The notes below the pieces were generated by a model, which had not been told where the DNA came from, searched no databases, and saw only the letters and a list, made by a program, of their open reading frames with translations. Source: Camelus ferus (taxonomy: Eukaryota). Taken from it: 64,000 nt of DNA. Both the position numbers and the translations under genes were made by a program. The stretch spans positions 88,786,001 to 88,850,000 of the forward strand of contig NC_045697.1 of NCBI RefSeq assembly GCF_009834535.1, written 5' to 3'. Of the stretch, positions 10,821 through 24,757 are shown piece by piece (position 1 is the stretch's first letter; the number at the start of each line of letters is the position of its first letter).

Positions 10821-13800
10821 ACTGTTGAACATGCTGCAAATACGCTGCTTAAGCGCCAGGAGCTCAGGCAGTGATGCGTGCTGAAGGAAAGGAGTCATTT
10901 TTCATGTCTCAAGCCAAGTCATGGAGCTTCTTCTGAAATTAGTGAAGCTAGCTAATTGGCCAGGGCTGATTTTCCTGGATAAAATGACAGTGGCTGCATG
11001 ACTAGACTGGCTAAGAGCCTGTAACTCAATCTCCAGAAATCTGCATTGTCTAAAGTACAGTGAGATCACTGATGCTTATTTTATAGACATTTGGGTAAAG
11101 TAGAACATTTTAGAATATATATAACAATGTGTGCTACTTCATTATCATGTCCTCTCATTTCCTTAGAACTTACCAAATTTTACTTGAGAGCCCACATCTT
11201 AACTTACTATAAACCATGTTACTCTTTAGCAAAATAGTGAGGACATAGGAACCTTTTAAAAATCACTGCTTTGAATGTTGATGAGTTTAGGTACTGTCAT
11301 TCTTTTTTCAAATTTACCATCCTTGCTCAATATTTAACATCAATGAGATTAGTAAACTTGATTAATAAAATGCAGCAAAGAAAATGATATTTACCATTTC
11401 ATTCTGACTGAAGTTTAGGAGAAACTGCAAGCTTTTGATGTGGAAGAAGCTTAATTTAAATGTCCTCACGGTTACTCTCTGAATCTCATCCTCATCCATG
11501 GAATAGAAATGATAGTAGCTTATTTCGTGGCTTCTGGTGAGAGTGAAAAAAAAAAGGTATGCACTGAAGTTTGTAAGTTTCCTTCCCTTTTTCCAAAGTA
11601 CAGATACACAGAGAACTATGAACATTAGAGAAAACCACTTTCTATTTCCAGAGTGTTTTAGAGTGCAATTCTTCTTTTTTCTTAATTTCCCTAACAAATC
11701 TATAAGGAGGTAGATGAAGTGGGGTTTTTTTGTTGTTGTTCTTTTTGTTTTTTTGTTTTTTGCTTCATTTTAAGGAGGCACAGAGAATTTCATGCTTTGC
11801 ACGTGGTCACAAATGGAGACAACATGCAGGTTTTTCTAACTTTGGTCCACATGCTTGACATTAAACCACACTGCCCAGTCTGTGGTTAAGTTAATGCTAT
11901 TTACTCATCCATCATTTTATTACCATTGACATAATTCAATAATAGTTATAGTCCCTTAAGGGAGTGAACTTCCTGCTCCAGAAACTTTGTTGAGATGCTT
12001 AGTTGCTTACAAAACAAGCAAATTAAAATAGATTATTCAGTGTTTGTTTCAGTTTGAAGCCTTCTGTCTCATTTAGATGAGGACTGTTCATCTCTCAATT
12101 GTCAAATATTGACGATGATGAAATCATGTGTGTTTATCTGAGAACCTATTTTGAAAATGTTTTTGTCAATTATTTAATGCAATTCTCTTAATTGAAATCA
12201 AATTGGCTGATCTCATCAAATAAAGGTAAAACTATCTTTTTTTCAAAACGACTTTTTAAAAAAAAACAAAAATTCTGATATCTTCTTAAGTGAGAATTTT
12301 CTAATTCATAATTAAAATATTTTCCTGAAAAGAAAAATACTATATTGCTTTCTGAAATTGTTCAAAATAAGCAAATACCTAAAGAAGACGTGCTTCCCTC
12401 CTGCTGGCATAGTGTATTGTAGTATGTAACTTTGTTTTTCAGTCAAAATATTTACTCTTATGTTTATATATAATCCACCTCATGCTACAGTGGGTTTGAA
12501 GCAGGTTACAAAAGTATAGATACAATGAAAGGAGGATAAAATAGTTAAATGACTCTCTAGGAAGTAAAAATAAGCATAGCTAAAAAATAACCCTGGACTA
12601 TATAAGATTAGTGTTCAGACATGTATGACTTAGGTGGTCCAGTAAGTTTATATGTAGCTTCTAGAGGCCAGATCAGACAGAGAAATGAGATCAGGTTTAT
12701 ACGTCATGGTGTCCTAAGACTACAGGAGCACATACAGTGTAAGAGAGTTAACAAAAGAAATACAGATTTTCTAAACCTTAGGGAACTAAGAGGAATTTAT
12801 CTCAGATGCTCAAAAGAGATCTACTTTTAAGTGATGATTTTTTCAAGGATACTTTTACCAATACAATGACAGAATTTCAACATCTCCTATTGTGATGTCT
12901 TTTAGCATGGGCTTATGGCAATTTGTAAAAGTGCGATTCTAACAAATAATTTATTTATGGGTCAAAAGAGATTCCCCCATTGGTAAAGTGTTCTTATTTG
13001 GCTTTGTTTCATGTAGTGGATTAATATTTTATAATCACACAAAGAGCATTCCTATTGGGGTTTTCACATTAGCATATCCACAGCTCATCACAGGGTTTCA
13101 GGAAGATTTTAGCTTAATCCATGAGGAGACTTCTATTCTTTTAAAGGTCCATTTAAGGCAATTGCTTAAAATACTTGGCCTAAATCCAGCAATCTGTGTC
13201 TTAGATTGTGATCATTTCTTAGAAACATAATTGAGTTACTGAATTTCACTTGAACTTATTGGATTGCTTTAGTGTAGCATTTTCCCTCACCAGTAGCTAT
13301 ATGGCGGTCCTTTAATTGCTACACAAAGTTGACTCAGTCTTTTTTTTTGTCAATATGGTACCTTAAATTCACCACTAAAAAGATGAAAATACTAATTAAT
13401 GTGTATGACTAAATGGAACAGAACTGCATGTGTTGCAACTCCAGCTTAGTATTTTATTACTTTGCATAATAAAATAGGGAAAGTTATTTATTTATCCATT
13501 GAGTTGTAATTAATTACAAGAAAGCAATGAATCTTTAGCATTTCAAGTCTGGAGCCTGGCAGATTTAGAACACACTTGACCCCTGACTTGCTGGAAAATG
13601 AAGGAAGTGGGAGTAAACATTTTCTTTATAGGACAAGATGCTTTGGGATGGGAGGGACTCCATGAGCTTGCCAAAGCTTTGGGTCAAACTGAGCACAGAT
13701 GGCTATAGCTGATAAAGGTGTCTATTATTGTATTTTCTTCTTGGCACTTTTCTGCCTGTGTGTTTATACTTAAATGAAGAATTTTTTGTTGCTCAGCAAC

Positions 13801-14294
13801 CAAGAGAATATACATTTAAAGGATACATTTTTGTTAACTAAAAAAACAAAAAAACTGGTAGTTTTAGATATTGGTTATTGGAGGTTAGGGAGGTGTTACT
13901 TTGAGCAGTATTAACATTAAGCAAAGGTGATTTTCCAGGAGAAAGTGTTTGCTATTCATGTCTAAAATTAAATACATCACATTATACATTTACTTCTTAG
14001 CTTGTCTTTACCTTCTACCTCAAATACTATTTGAAAAAAAATAGCCTAAGTTAGTGTATTATTTTAGTGAATTTAACTTCTTATGATGCATAAGGGAAAC
14101 ATTACATTTGCAGAAGTGAAACTATAATTTCAATTTTATTTTCATGACTTTAATTTTTCCTAAAATCAATTATTGTAAAACCTCCATTAAAGGATTTAAT
14201 ATGTACTTCAATTTCTGAAGGAGTTCTATGTTATTCTTAATAATGAGTAAACTTGTGCACTGCATGATTAAATGTTTTTTATAAGTAAACATAC

Positions 14295-14420
14295 ATTTGG
14301 AAGTTAGAATAATTTTGTTCAAATCCTGGCTTCACCCTTTCATGCTGTGTGACCTTGAAGCAGAAGTTAAACATCTCTGAGCCACAGTGCCTTCATCTGT
14401 TAAATAGAGAGAATTCTAAC
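14295..14420 (+). mobile_element. MIR SINE
   Basis: 'gttcaaatcctggcttcacc...gctgtgtgaccttg...ctctgagccacagtgccttcatctgttaaat'. Confidence 0.8.
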
Positions 14421-15387
14421 CACTTATTTTAACCACTGCAAATAGCAATGCATAGTTTCCTAAAAGTCTGGTTTACTTTTAGTGGTGCTACATTCAGTTA
14501 TTTACTTCTTGTGTGGTCCAGAAAGCAATGATTAAAAAGAAAAAAGTGTAAACAGCTACTGGGCATGTAAATAGCTACTGTTTATGCAGGAATTGTGATG
14601 ACATTTCTAATGATACCATGTAAATGGGAAACAAAACCAAACTTACAAATTATATTTCCTGGTTTTAGGAAGATTATTAAGGAAGCACATTAAAAAATAC
14701 CCCTGATAATTTTCTTCATTTATTCTATATCAGGTAGAAAGATCATTTTTAAATGACAGTGACTAGAGAGCTGGAAGACATAACTAAGAAAGATTATTAC
14801 CTAAGACAAGGAACAAATGTAATTTTTAAAATATTGATTTGCATGAAATTTAAATTTAAGTTAATTGCAGGATTCTTCTTTTCATGTTAATATAATACAA
14901 AACCAGATAAGTATTACCCAATTTTGGACTGTGTTCTGTTAAGAGTATCATATACTGAAGTCATTTTAAAACATAGCCTATCTGGGATAAACAATTTAAA
15001 TAAAAACTTTATTGAAAGGAAAGTGTTAGAAATTAGATTTTAGAACATATTTGAGCCCTAAAAGCCTTTTGTTTCAATTTAATACCATATTTGAAACATT
15101 TCATAGAGAGAATTTTAAATATTCCAACTAATATCTGATCATTGTAAGCACTGCAATTTTAGGAGTTCTATTTCTAAGAAAAGATATTGTGAAAGCTGTT
15201 AATTTTACTTGTGCTTTTCTGAATAAGGAGTCTTCTTTCTATTCCAATAGAGGAAATGAAACATGGTACTTCTCTGATGTCAAGGCACTGATGCTGGAAC
15301 AATTTTAAATGTACTATGATTATGGAGGCAAATACATTTAAACAGAATTGGAGTGGTAAGAGGATGCCAGTTTTTGTTGATTTCCAA

Positions 15388-15580
15388 CTTATGTGTCACA
15401 CACTGTACTATATGTTGTACAAATATTATCTAATTTGCTTCTCTCAGTAGTTATTTGAGGAACATAACAGTATCTCCATTTCATAGATGGAGCACCAAGG
15501 ACCATGACAATTTGAGTAAGTTGGTTTGTGGTAGAGCTGGATTTGCGTTGATTTGGTTCCAAAGCTTTTGTTCTTTCCAC
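15388..15580 (-). mobile_element. MIR SINE
   Basis: 'atctccatttcatagatggagcaccaagg...gtggtagagctggatttg' is MIR in reverse. Confidence 0.65.
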
Positions 15581-16250
15581 CAGATTCTTCTGCTCTTTAA
15601 CTATTACACATCATTGTCTGCTAATGTAATAGAAATAATGAGATTAAAAGGAAAAAAACCCATAAATGTAAAAAAAAGCATTTGTTTGAGTCTTGACCTC
15701 TATCATAACCAGGTCTTACTTTTTTGTTTGGAATATTTATATAATGAATATGCACTTTTTGAAAGCTAAATAATATAATCAAACAATATTTTTTAAAGAA
15801 TTAATAATCTTGCTTCAGAGAACATCAATGAATTGTGTTAAACTATAAATCATGTTAAAAGGCAAGACATGCTGAGAAATCACAGAAAATTTCTATTTGC
15901 TAAGGGTTGAATTCATGATTAACTGAATTAAATTAGATGTTAAAATAACGTTGAAAGCGGTGTCTCTATCATTGATACACCTAAACATATCTCCTAATTA
16001 AATACTTTAAAATGAATTAATCAATTTATGCTTTTAATGATGGCTTTGGAAGAAAGAAAAATATAATATTTAACTTCAATTTAGTTATTGATAATTAATA
16101 TGGATTTAGTCATGAAAGAAGGGATAATATGGAGCCCACACTTATAAATACACCTATATATTAAAACACCTATGTACATATAACGCAGTATATCTAATGT
16201 GTGAGTTGCATTGAAGATTAGTGTTACTGTGTGTTAAGCGTTCCTTATAA

Positions 16251-16771
16251 TGTTGTCGAGTCCAAACTTGTTCTGCTTGCCACATGACAGGCCAATAAAT
16301 CGAGAGATGAGGTGTTGGGGCAAGAAATAACAACTTTATTCGGAAAGCCAGCAATCTAGAGGATGGCAGACTAATGTTTTGGAGAACTATCCTACTCAAC
16401 TCAGAATTCAGGCTCCTTTTATACTAAAAAAGGGGAAGGCGTGTAGTTGGTTGTTGAAAACTTACTGGTGTAGGAATTCTTTGTTCTTGTAGCTGTCCAT
16501 GTGGGTCAGGTCATGGTGCCCCTGTAAAACCTTTAATAAAACAAATGTTATTTTCTGTTCTGCAACTTACTATCTTTATATAAGTGCAAAAATGTTAACA
16601 TCCTTTAATGTCAGAGCCTTGAGAATAAGCTCTCCTGTATATTTCAGGCTAAAGGCAACATTCTTTTACGAAAGGTGCACAGCTAGCAAGACCAAGCCTA
16701 GAAAACAGGGCACCGGGCTAAAGCCAAAGGAGCAGATCCAATATGGAGACGGATTGTTCTTTTCTGTTACA
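16251..16771 (-). mobile_element. Solo LTR of an endogenous retrovirus (ERV1-like), 521 bp, antisense to FAT4
   Basis: TGT...ACA termini (minus strand TGTAACAG...CGACAACA). The minus strand has a TATA box (TATAAAA, 16417-16423) followed by AATAAA (16335-16340), in U3-R-U5 order. The flanks are not a clean TSD (ATAA vs AAAT). Confidence 0.85.
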
Positions 16772-18114
16772 AAATGAGAACACCTTTGAGAGCTTTCTTG
16801 CAGTGTTTCTCAGTAGATAATTCAAGCAACTTCGGGTTTCCAGTTTTCTTCTGAGATGGAAGATGTATACAGAAACAGGAGAGTTGTTAATCGTTTTCCT
16901 GGCCATTGTATATGTTCACCATGTGAAAATCTTGTTTCTGCTCATTGTCACTGAGGCAAACCAAGGACTCCTAAATTAGAAGGGATAAGTGCTAAGACCT
17001 TGTTCTTTTTTAAATTGTGAACAATTTATTTGCCTTTGTATTGCCTTCCCATCCTCAACTTTCATTCCTGTATTCAGTATGCCAGACATGGGGTTTAGTA
17101 CTGGAGATTCAGATTTGCATTTTACAGATCTAGGCCTCCAGGGGACAAACATCTAACAGGAAGACAAACATCACATAAACCATTTTCAGAAAATGTAGAA
17201 GATTGCTGTGATGAAATAAAGTTTTACCAACTGATTATAGTAACTGGTTTCATACAATTGAGATTATCTTACTTAAGACTTGAGTTTTTGTGCTTCATAA
17301 GGGGTTATCTGCATATTTTAAATTATTGGGAGTGAAATCATTTCCTTGGTCTCTATTCGGGGAAGACATCTATTAAACAATATCTATCTTTAATAGTTTC
17401 CTGTTTTTAAAATATTTGATATGAGATATCACTGTGTAATTAAATAGAGCTTGATTTAAAGTATGTCCACCTTGGGCCTCATTTCAGAGATGCTTTAGTA
17501 TCTAAGACACTCTTAGATGGTCTGAGGCAGCTTCTCAGTCCCAATGTGCCTTCCCTCCTTCCTGCTAGGACCCTGGGCTGTTCTGGGCTGCGTCTCTGCC
17601 CTGAAGAGCTACCTTTGCTCTACAGTGCCTCTGTGCATGCGTACATTTGATGAAGATGTGTATCTTGGTGAGGAACTCTATTCATTTGTCTTCAGCATTA
17701 TTTCTAAGTGTGATAATCATTATTAAACAAGAACAGTATGGTTAGTAAATAATATTATTGAACAATAATGGCAACTATCCCTAAAAGAATATGAGCTATT
17801 TATTAAGAAAAAGTGGCTATTTATGCTTTTTGATTCAAATCTCAAAGTAATGCTATGAAATAGATGTTGCTTTTTAAAAACATTTAAAAAAGATTTATTA
17901 TATATTTTTCAAAGGAATAACAGTAACAAAAACTCAAAAGAGATCTTATTAAAAGTATTTATTCTTAGCATAGGGAACAACATTTTAAGATTGCATATAT
18001 GTGCTTTACAAAGAATATTTATATCCAAGGTTTTGAAAGTAGAATCAGAAGGGGGAAAAGGACCAAAAGAAAAGCGATAAAGAGAATTTAGAAAAATAAA
18101 TTGTAAAACGTCAG

Positions 18115-18230
18115 TAGTTTTACAAATGAGAAAACTCAGGCTTAGGGAAAGATAAATTTGCACCCTTTGGGTCATACAATTAGCAAGGCCTAGAGCCAGG
18201 ACTGGCCCGCAGGCACTAACTCCAAAACTC
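18115..18230 (-). mobile_element. MIR SINE
   Basis: 'ttttacaaatgagaaaactcaggcttaggg...ggtcatacaattagcaagg..agagccaggact'. Confidence 0.75.
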
Positions 18231-18597
18231 ATCTCGACCAGTAGCACATTCTGACTGAAGTTTCTGATATAGATATCAGTTTGGGAACTTTTAAATAAGT
18301 AATTAATATTTTCACTGTACTCGGTATATTATTTGTATAATTTTATATGTGTTTATAGCATAGATGGTTTTTAAGATCACTTTAAGCCTATTCTGGAATG
18401 AGTGATAAAAAATAGATTGAATGTAGAAGAGGATTTTAAGCAAATGAATCTGGAAAAACATTCTTTAAAATATCACTGACTTATACAAAATATGAGTACG
18501 TACGACATTTTCTTCAACGTGCTTTTTCAAGGCTTTTATTGTTTCTATTTTGTAGATGCATAATAAGCAAAATTTAAACTTGTAAAAATACTCCATT

Positions 18598-18765
18598 TCC
18601 ATATGGTCTCAAAACTTAATGCACATGAGGATTCCTACGTGAATGCTTATTTTAAAATGCAGATTATTTTTTAGAAGATCCAAGAAACTTTAGATCATGT
18701 CATTTTAACAAGTCCCTGAAGTGATTCTGATGCAAATAGCCCACTGACCTCATTGTAAGAAACTT
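18598..18765. mobile_element. MER5-like hAT-Charlie MITE relic
   Basis: 'ttaaaatgcagatt' and 'cattttaacaagtccctgaagtgattctgatgca' are typical MER5A segments. Confidence 0.65.
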
Positions 18766-19130
18766 TTCTTCTTTAATTGGTTAGGTTTTTTATAAGAGAT
18801 TACTTACACTTTTGCAAATTTGGGAAGTTCTCTAAGTAGTAGTAGTGGTAGTAATAGTAGTAAGATCAACACATGGAGTCCCAGTGGGTACCTTTTCTCC
18901 TTTGGTATCTTTTCAAACATACTAGAATACTTTGGTTTTAGTCGACAAGCTGTGACAGGTGTCTGTGTCAACTAATGAAATACTAAAATGTAAATTGAAT
19001 AAAGAAAAATGTACGTGCCCTATTTATTAATGAAGCTGGTGTAAATGTGTTATAAATAGCTATCCAGCTTTCAGAATCCCCTCCCTGTCTTCTCAGAAAT
19101 TACTTTTAACGAGATAGCTTTTATGTATTT

Positions 19131-19281
19131 GTTTGTTTATTATTTATATATTTCCTTATTTTTTTAATGAAGTATACTCAGTTCACAATGTTGTGTCAAT
19201 TTCTGGCGTACAGCATAATGTTTTAGTCATCTATATACATACAGATATTCTTTTTCATTATAGGTTACTGCAAGATATTGA
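19131..19281 (-). mobile_element. 5'-truncated L1 3' end (camelid-type)
   Basis: 'gaagtatactcagttcacaatgttgtgtcaatttctggcgtacagcataatg...cattataggttactgcaagatattga', preceded by a T-rich stretch (decayed A-tail). Confidence 0.85.
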
Positions 19282-22039
19282 TCTTTATACATTTACTATA
19301 TGTTTAGAAAGATGAGAATGATAGATTTTTGTTGGTATTAGTCAAACTTTCAAAGATTAACTCATCTTACAAAGGGCAATATTTCCCAGGGAAATAATGG
19401 AAAAAAGAACAATCTGAAAGAAGCATATAGTGTTCCAAGTATAAGGGACTGGCTTTGTGAGTCTTCCCGAGGAGAGTATATTTAAAAGGGCCTAAAATAA
19501 GGATTTTTTTTGCTTTGAACAAAACGTATGAGATGTTTTTAAAAGTACATGAGGTAGCCTGAGGCAGTAGTGATATGATAATTTATGCTAATATTAGAGA
19601 CTCACACTTAATAACAAATCATATATTATGAACTCCACTGGCTTATTTGATTAAGACCTCTTAGTTTTCATATGATGATTCTATAACTGTGGAATTACTT
19701 TCAGCCTGGAGGTCCAAAGTGTTTCTTATTCCTAAAGTCACCTGAGAAGTGAAATATGAGGTATAGTATTACCCATTTATGAGAAAATTGATCAGTTATT
19801 AATAAAACTTGGACAAAATTTTAGGATTCCCTCATTTGTTCAGTTATCTTTTTTAAGTTCTGACAATATATTGTACAATGTCTTTTAATTTGTGTATATT
19901 TTCCTTTATCCAAAAAGCATTTACATTTACAAATAAGAGTATTTTTACCTGCCCACTCAAGATACAATCAGTAACTATAGATGTAACAATCTATATGTAA
20001 AAGAGTAGGAGAACACTTGAAAGAAATTGCAGTTTAGCTTAATTGAAACATGTGCCTAGCCATCTGGAGCACTTCTGCATAAAATAAAGACATTTGGCAT
20101 TTTAAATAAAGGATTTTGAATTAAACCAGGAATCTTTTGTGTCTTCCAAAGACATTGATTTATTGGAACTATATGTGGCTTTCCCTCATATACAAAAGAT
20201 TAATGATTTCCTAAATGTTCTTTCATTCCTTCTTTATATAAAATGAATCCATAACAGTTAAGCAAAAGGAAATCTTTGAGGTTCTATGCACAAAGGTGAC
20301 AGAAATATTGCAAAGTATTTTGTTTCAACAATTCATCAAATGATACAAAATGTAAATTAACTTTAAAAATGAGCTTGGCATTATTGAATGTTGGTTGAAT
20401 GAATTAATATCTTAATATTACATATGAGTGAATTTTGCAAAATATTAAAGAGTACCATAAAATAATTCTAACTTTTGATCTACAAATTTCTAAAATTTCA
20501 GCATGGTGATTGGTGCTGATGAACTTTAAGAATCAAACAGATCTGTACTTACCAATATGAACTAGCTTACTTATATACAGGAATTTTTAAGAGTAAAACT
20601 TTTATTAAGCTCAAGTAATTCTAAATATTATAGTTCAAGTGATTAAAATAGCTTTTATATTACGAAATTGAAATTACTATTGTATTTATTGTAATAGTTC
20701 TTAGTATTTTAATTTTTGAATATTATTTAAAATTTCTATTGAGATTACATAACTGACATTATACATTTATTATTTACAGTCAAAATAAGAACCGAGTTAC
20801 TTCTTCAGTGACCTATGTTAATGTAGAACGTTTATTTGGAGTGGTCACGAGAGAGATAGATTTTTGTTACTTCTTGTATAGATGCAAGTTAACATGCAAA
20901 TCTCCATAGTTAAACAAATTCATTTCATATAACTACATATATTCAAGGTTGGGCAAAAGAATTAAGCCAAGAAAAACAGGAAAAAAATTTAGGACCACTA
21001 ACAAAATCCTGAAAACCCACTTGAAAGTGAATGAATTTTATCAATTAGTTCTTTCTTGGCTGATTGGAGCTCCTTTTCACTGACTGGCACATATATTCTG
21101 AATGAAAAATACAATTACATGTTAAAAAATGCCATGTTAATTGTGTGTAAAGCCTGTCTTATGATGTCAAAAATTATTAAATAGGTAGCTTATCCTTTGA
21201 AAGGCATCTATTAAGTTTACCAATAATTATAATTGTATTGAGGTTTTATAGTTACTTGGTTTATCATTTTAAAACAAAGTGAGATGAGAATTCCTGAGTT
21301 ACTTCTTTGAGTATATGTTTGCATGAGAAACACATGGATTTGGCAGATAAATAAATAAATACAATTATTCTTTTAAATAAATAATTAAATATACTTTTAT
21401 AGTTCATTAGTTCTTACCTAGAGTAAGTGCATTCTAAGATTAAGTTTCCAATCATAATAATTTTTAGGTAACTTATTAAATTATTGCATGATATATTTTG
21501 TTAAATTTGATAGTGTTATTTGGGTTCTGATGTAAATATATCTAAATTAAAAAAAACTAAAATTATCTTTTTAACATTGAGAGCATGAGGTGCGAATATG
21601 TCTTCAGAAGAGTAATACTGTTTAGCATATAACTGTTTGTTGGACATATGAAAGGGTTAGCTTAATTTTGCTTCATATGAAAACATTTAGGTTTTTGTGG
21701 AGTTTTACATTTTAAGTCTCCTTTTGTTTCAGGCTGCTGTTTCATTGTGTCCATTAGGTTATTATTATGACTGAGTGATGGTCATACTATCTATTTTGGT
21801 TTTCTGCTTCCTGTATTAGACAATACATTTTGATCTGTATTGTGTGTCATTTCATTATACTTGCAAAATACTTCTTTTCTTAAGAAATTTACTTAGGCTG
21901 TTCCTACAAGTAACAAGGGTAGGGTCCAAGATTGGTTTCATAACTCTCTTATTCTCTCTCTGTCCCCAGTACGTGCACGTTCACAGGTAACTATATATAT
22001 ATATATATCCATTAATTTAAGAAATGTGGTGAGTTCTTT

Positions 22040-22164
22040 ATTTTTTGTGGGGGGTGGGTAGTTGAGTTTATTTATCTATTTATTTTTAAGGAGGTTCTGA
22101 GGATTGAACCCAGGGCCTCATGCATGCTATGCATGTGCTCTACCACTTGAGCTGCACCCTTCCC
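22040..22164 (-). mobile_element. tRNA-derived camelid SINE (Vic-1-like) with a 10-bp TSD
   Basis: The minus strand reads GGGAAGGGTGCAGCTCAAGTGGTAGAGCACATGCATAGCATGCATGAGGCCCTGGGTTCAATCC (A and B boxes). There is an exact TSD, TGAGTTCTTT, at 22030-22039 and 22165-22174. Confidence 0.9.
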
Positions 22165-24399
22165 TGAGTTCTTTGTTAATAGCTTACATTTTAAACCAAA
22201 AAAATTATATCTCTGACGTTGTATTTTATTTTTGTTTAGGCTCCTGAATTAGAAAGATAACTTTTTTTTTTACATTTTTTTCTCTTATATTCTTTTTTAG
22301 TATAAATATACTTTTAAATATTTAAAAAATCCTAAAATAAATAGTGTAATTGTCACACTAATATGATCATGGCTAGCACTTAAAATTTTTGTAGATGCCA
22401 TCATATATATATAATTTTATTCTTTATGGTAAGAACAACTGGTTGAAGAGAGAAACAAAATTTTTTATTATTCCACAGTTACAAATATTAAAATAAGATC
22501 TAAAAGCCACTGTATAAAGCTTTTTTTATTCATTTTCCTGCTGTTTTTATGTCTTATTATATTAAATCAGGGTTTTTAAACAGAGATTCGTCTGTGTGCA
22601 ATTCTTTTGAATAAGTATTCTGAAGTAAATACATCAATGCTATATGGTTTGGATACTACACAATGGGTTGTAATTAACTATACAGACCAATATTAGTTGT
22701 ATGAATGTTTTATTTACTAGGTAGCAAAAGTTCTGCCCGATTTTAACACAATTTAAGTACGAGCTACACAAGCTTTAAGTAATCCATCATTTTGCAGTTT
22801 TAAATCCTATCCAGTGAGTTCTTCATAAAGAAACGCGTGTTTTTTATCATCAGGCCTCCATATTTTTCTGTGTAAGCTGACATACGTCTTTAGATTCTCT
22901 GCTTCTACCCTTCTGCATACTGAGAGCTTACTCTCCTTTGTCAGTGCAGACATTTTCAGAAACAAGTCAGTGTTTTACCTCAGTTATGTTGAACTATCTC
23001 CACTGCTTTAAAAACAATGGTGAATTAAGTACCTTCGCTTTGTGGGCCTGGTTACTTTCCAGCTGCCAGGGCTGAGGACCCCCTCTGCTTTACCTCCAGT
23101 ATGTGCTACCACCCACTTTCTGTTCTATTCTGGCCCCTAAATCAGTCAAGAATTTTCATCTCATTTATAATTCCAGTTGATTAAAAACAAATGATGAAAC
23201 TTTAATTTTATTTCTTGATATTGTTTTAATAGCAGTTCTTAATAATTTTATTTAGCTCAGACTTTTGAACATATTTTTAAAAGTCTGAGTTTGTGCTGAC
23301 TAATATGTGAAGAACTTCACTGCTTAAGAAAGTAAATTAAAAATAAATGTTGGTCCCACTCTGGAAGAAATTTTGAGAAACCACACTACAGAAAAAAGAA
23401 ATGTGGCAAAAATTGTGTGAAAGTAGACAAAATAAATGAGTTAACCACATAATTAAGTAGGTTAATTTGAAAGGGCTTCCGAAGAGAAGCTTCAACTTGG
23501 ACTTCTGGGGTTTGCTAAACGTTAGATGGGCAGGGAGGGAACATTAGGCATCTTCTAAATGCAAATTCAACCCAGGACTGTGTACAAAGAGGACCCAGAA
23601 TAGTAATTGAGCTGATCACAAGACCATGTATTAATGCAGATTTGGTTTGTGATGTCAGTCCGGGAAAGTGAGCAGCAGGAGTGCATTAGGACCCAGATAT
23701 TTTCTTGTTATGTTAAGCAATTGACATTTTTTTAATTTGTAAGGACTTCTCAAAGCTCAATTACTATAGTGCAGAAAGTTCCTAATGAGCATTGAGCAGT
23801 TCTGTAAATTTTGCCAAAACGTATCCAAAACATATTACATGTGGATTTTTAATAAGATTATTTGTTTTATAAATATATCATTTTAGTATATTTTACCCTC
23901 AATTCCCCCTTCCTGTGGTCAATTTCCCAATTACCTTGAAAGATTCAGAAGCAAATTTATTAGGTAAATTATTTCACTTTTGTTGTAATTGAACAAGCAT
24001 AGTAAGAGTAGGAGCCCTGGTACCGATTTAATTTACTTTTCCTGTATAATATAGCAGATGGTCTCCTATATTAGACCATCTCCTATATTGTATTTGTCAT
24101 TATTGGCAATACTGCTAGGTGGGATGTTACCTTGATTACAATATATTTAAATGACTTGTTTTAACTTTATTTCTTATAAGATGGATTCAGATTGCAAACC
24201 TATATTCATTAACCTATAATCAATGCAATTATATTGTTGTTAAACATACCCTTTCTGATATATTTAAAGCCAGTCTATTCCCCTCAACTACCCCTCCCCT
24301 CTGTGAGTTTACTCATATGGAAATACTCCATCAGAACCAAAGTTTTCATTCCCCAAAATTCAAAATCATACCCCAAACACCAGTGCCCAGTTTGGAAAT

Positions 24400-24757
24400 A
24401 CCTAACTGCTACTGTTGCTTCTTTCTATGCTCTAGCTGATGGATGTCACTTACCTTTCTATATGGAAGATTCCTTCTCACCACTCACTGTTTAGGTCAAA
24501 AATACCCTTGTGAAAAGAAATCCTCAGTTGCCTTCTGAGTAGAATGAATTATTCCCTTCTCCTAAATTCCTTAACATTTTATTCACACTACACATGTCAT
24601 GCTGACCATATTGAATTACAGTTACTTGCCTTTCCAACCACCTCACCACCGGATTATGACATCTTTGTGCCTGGATCACTTCTCACCCATCCCTAGGTCT
24701 ACATCTATAGTGGTGCCTAGCACATGGTCGTGATCAATAAATGCTGAGAGAATGAAT
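24400..24757 (+). mobile_element. L2 LINE 3' region relic
   Basis: Ends in 'gtggtgcctagcacatggtcgtgatcaataaatgctgagagaatgaa'. Confidence 0.65.
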
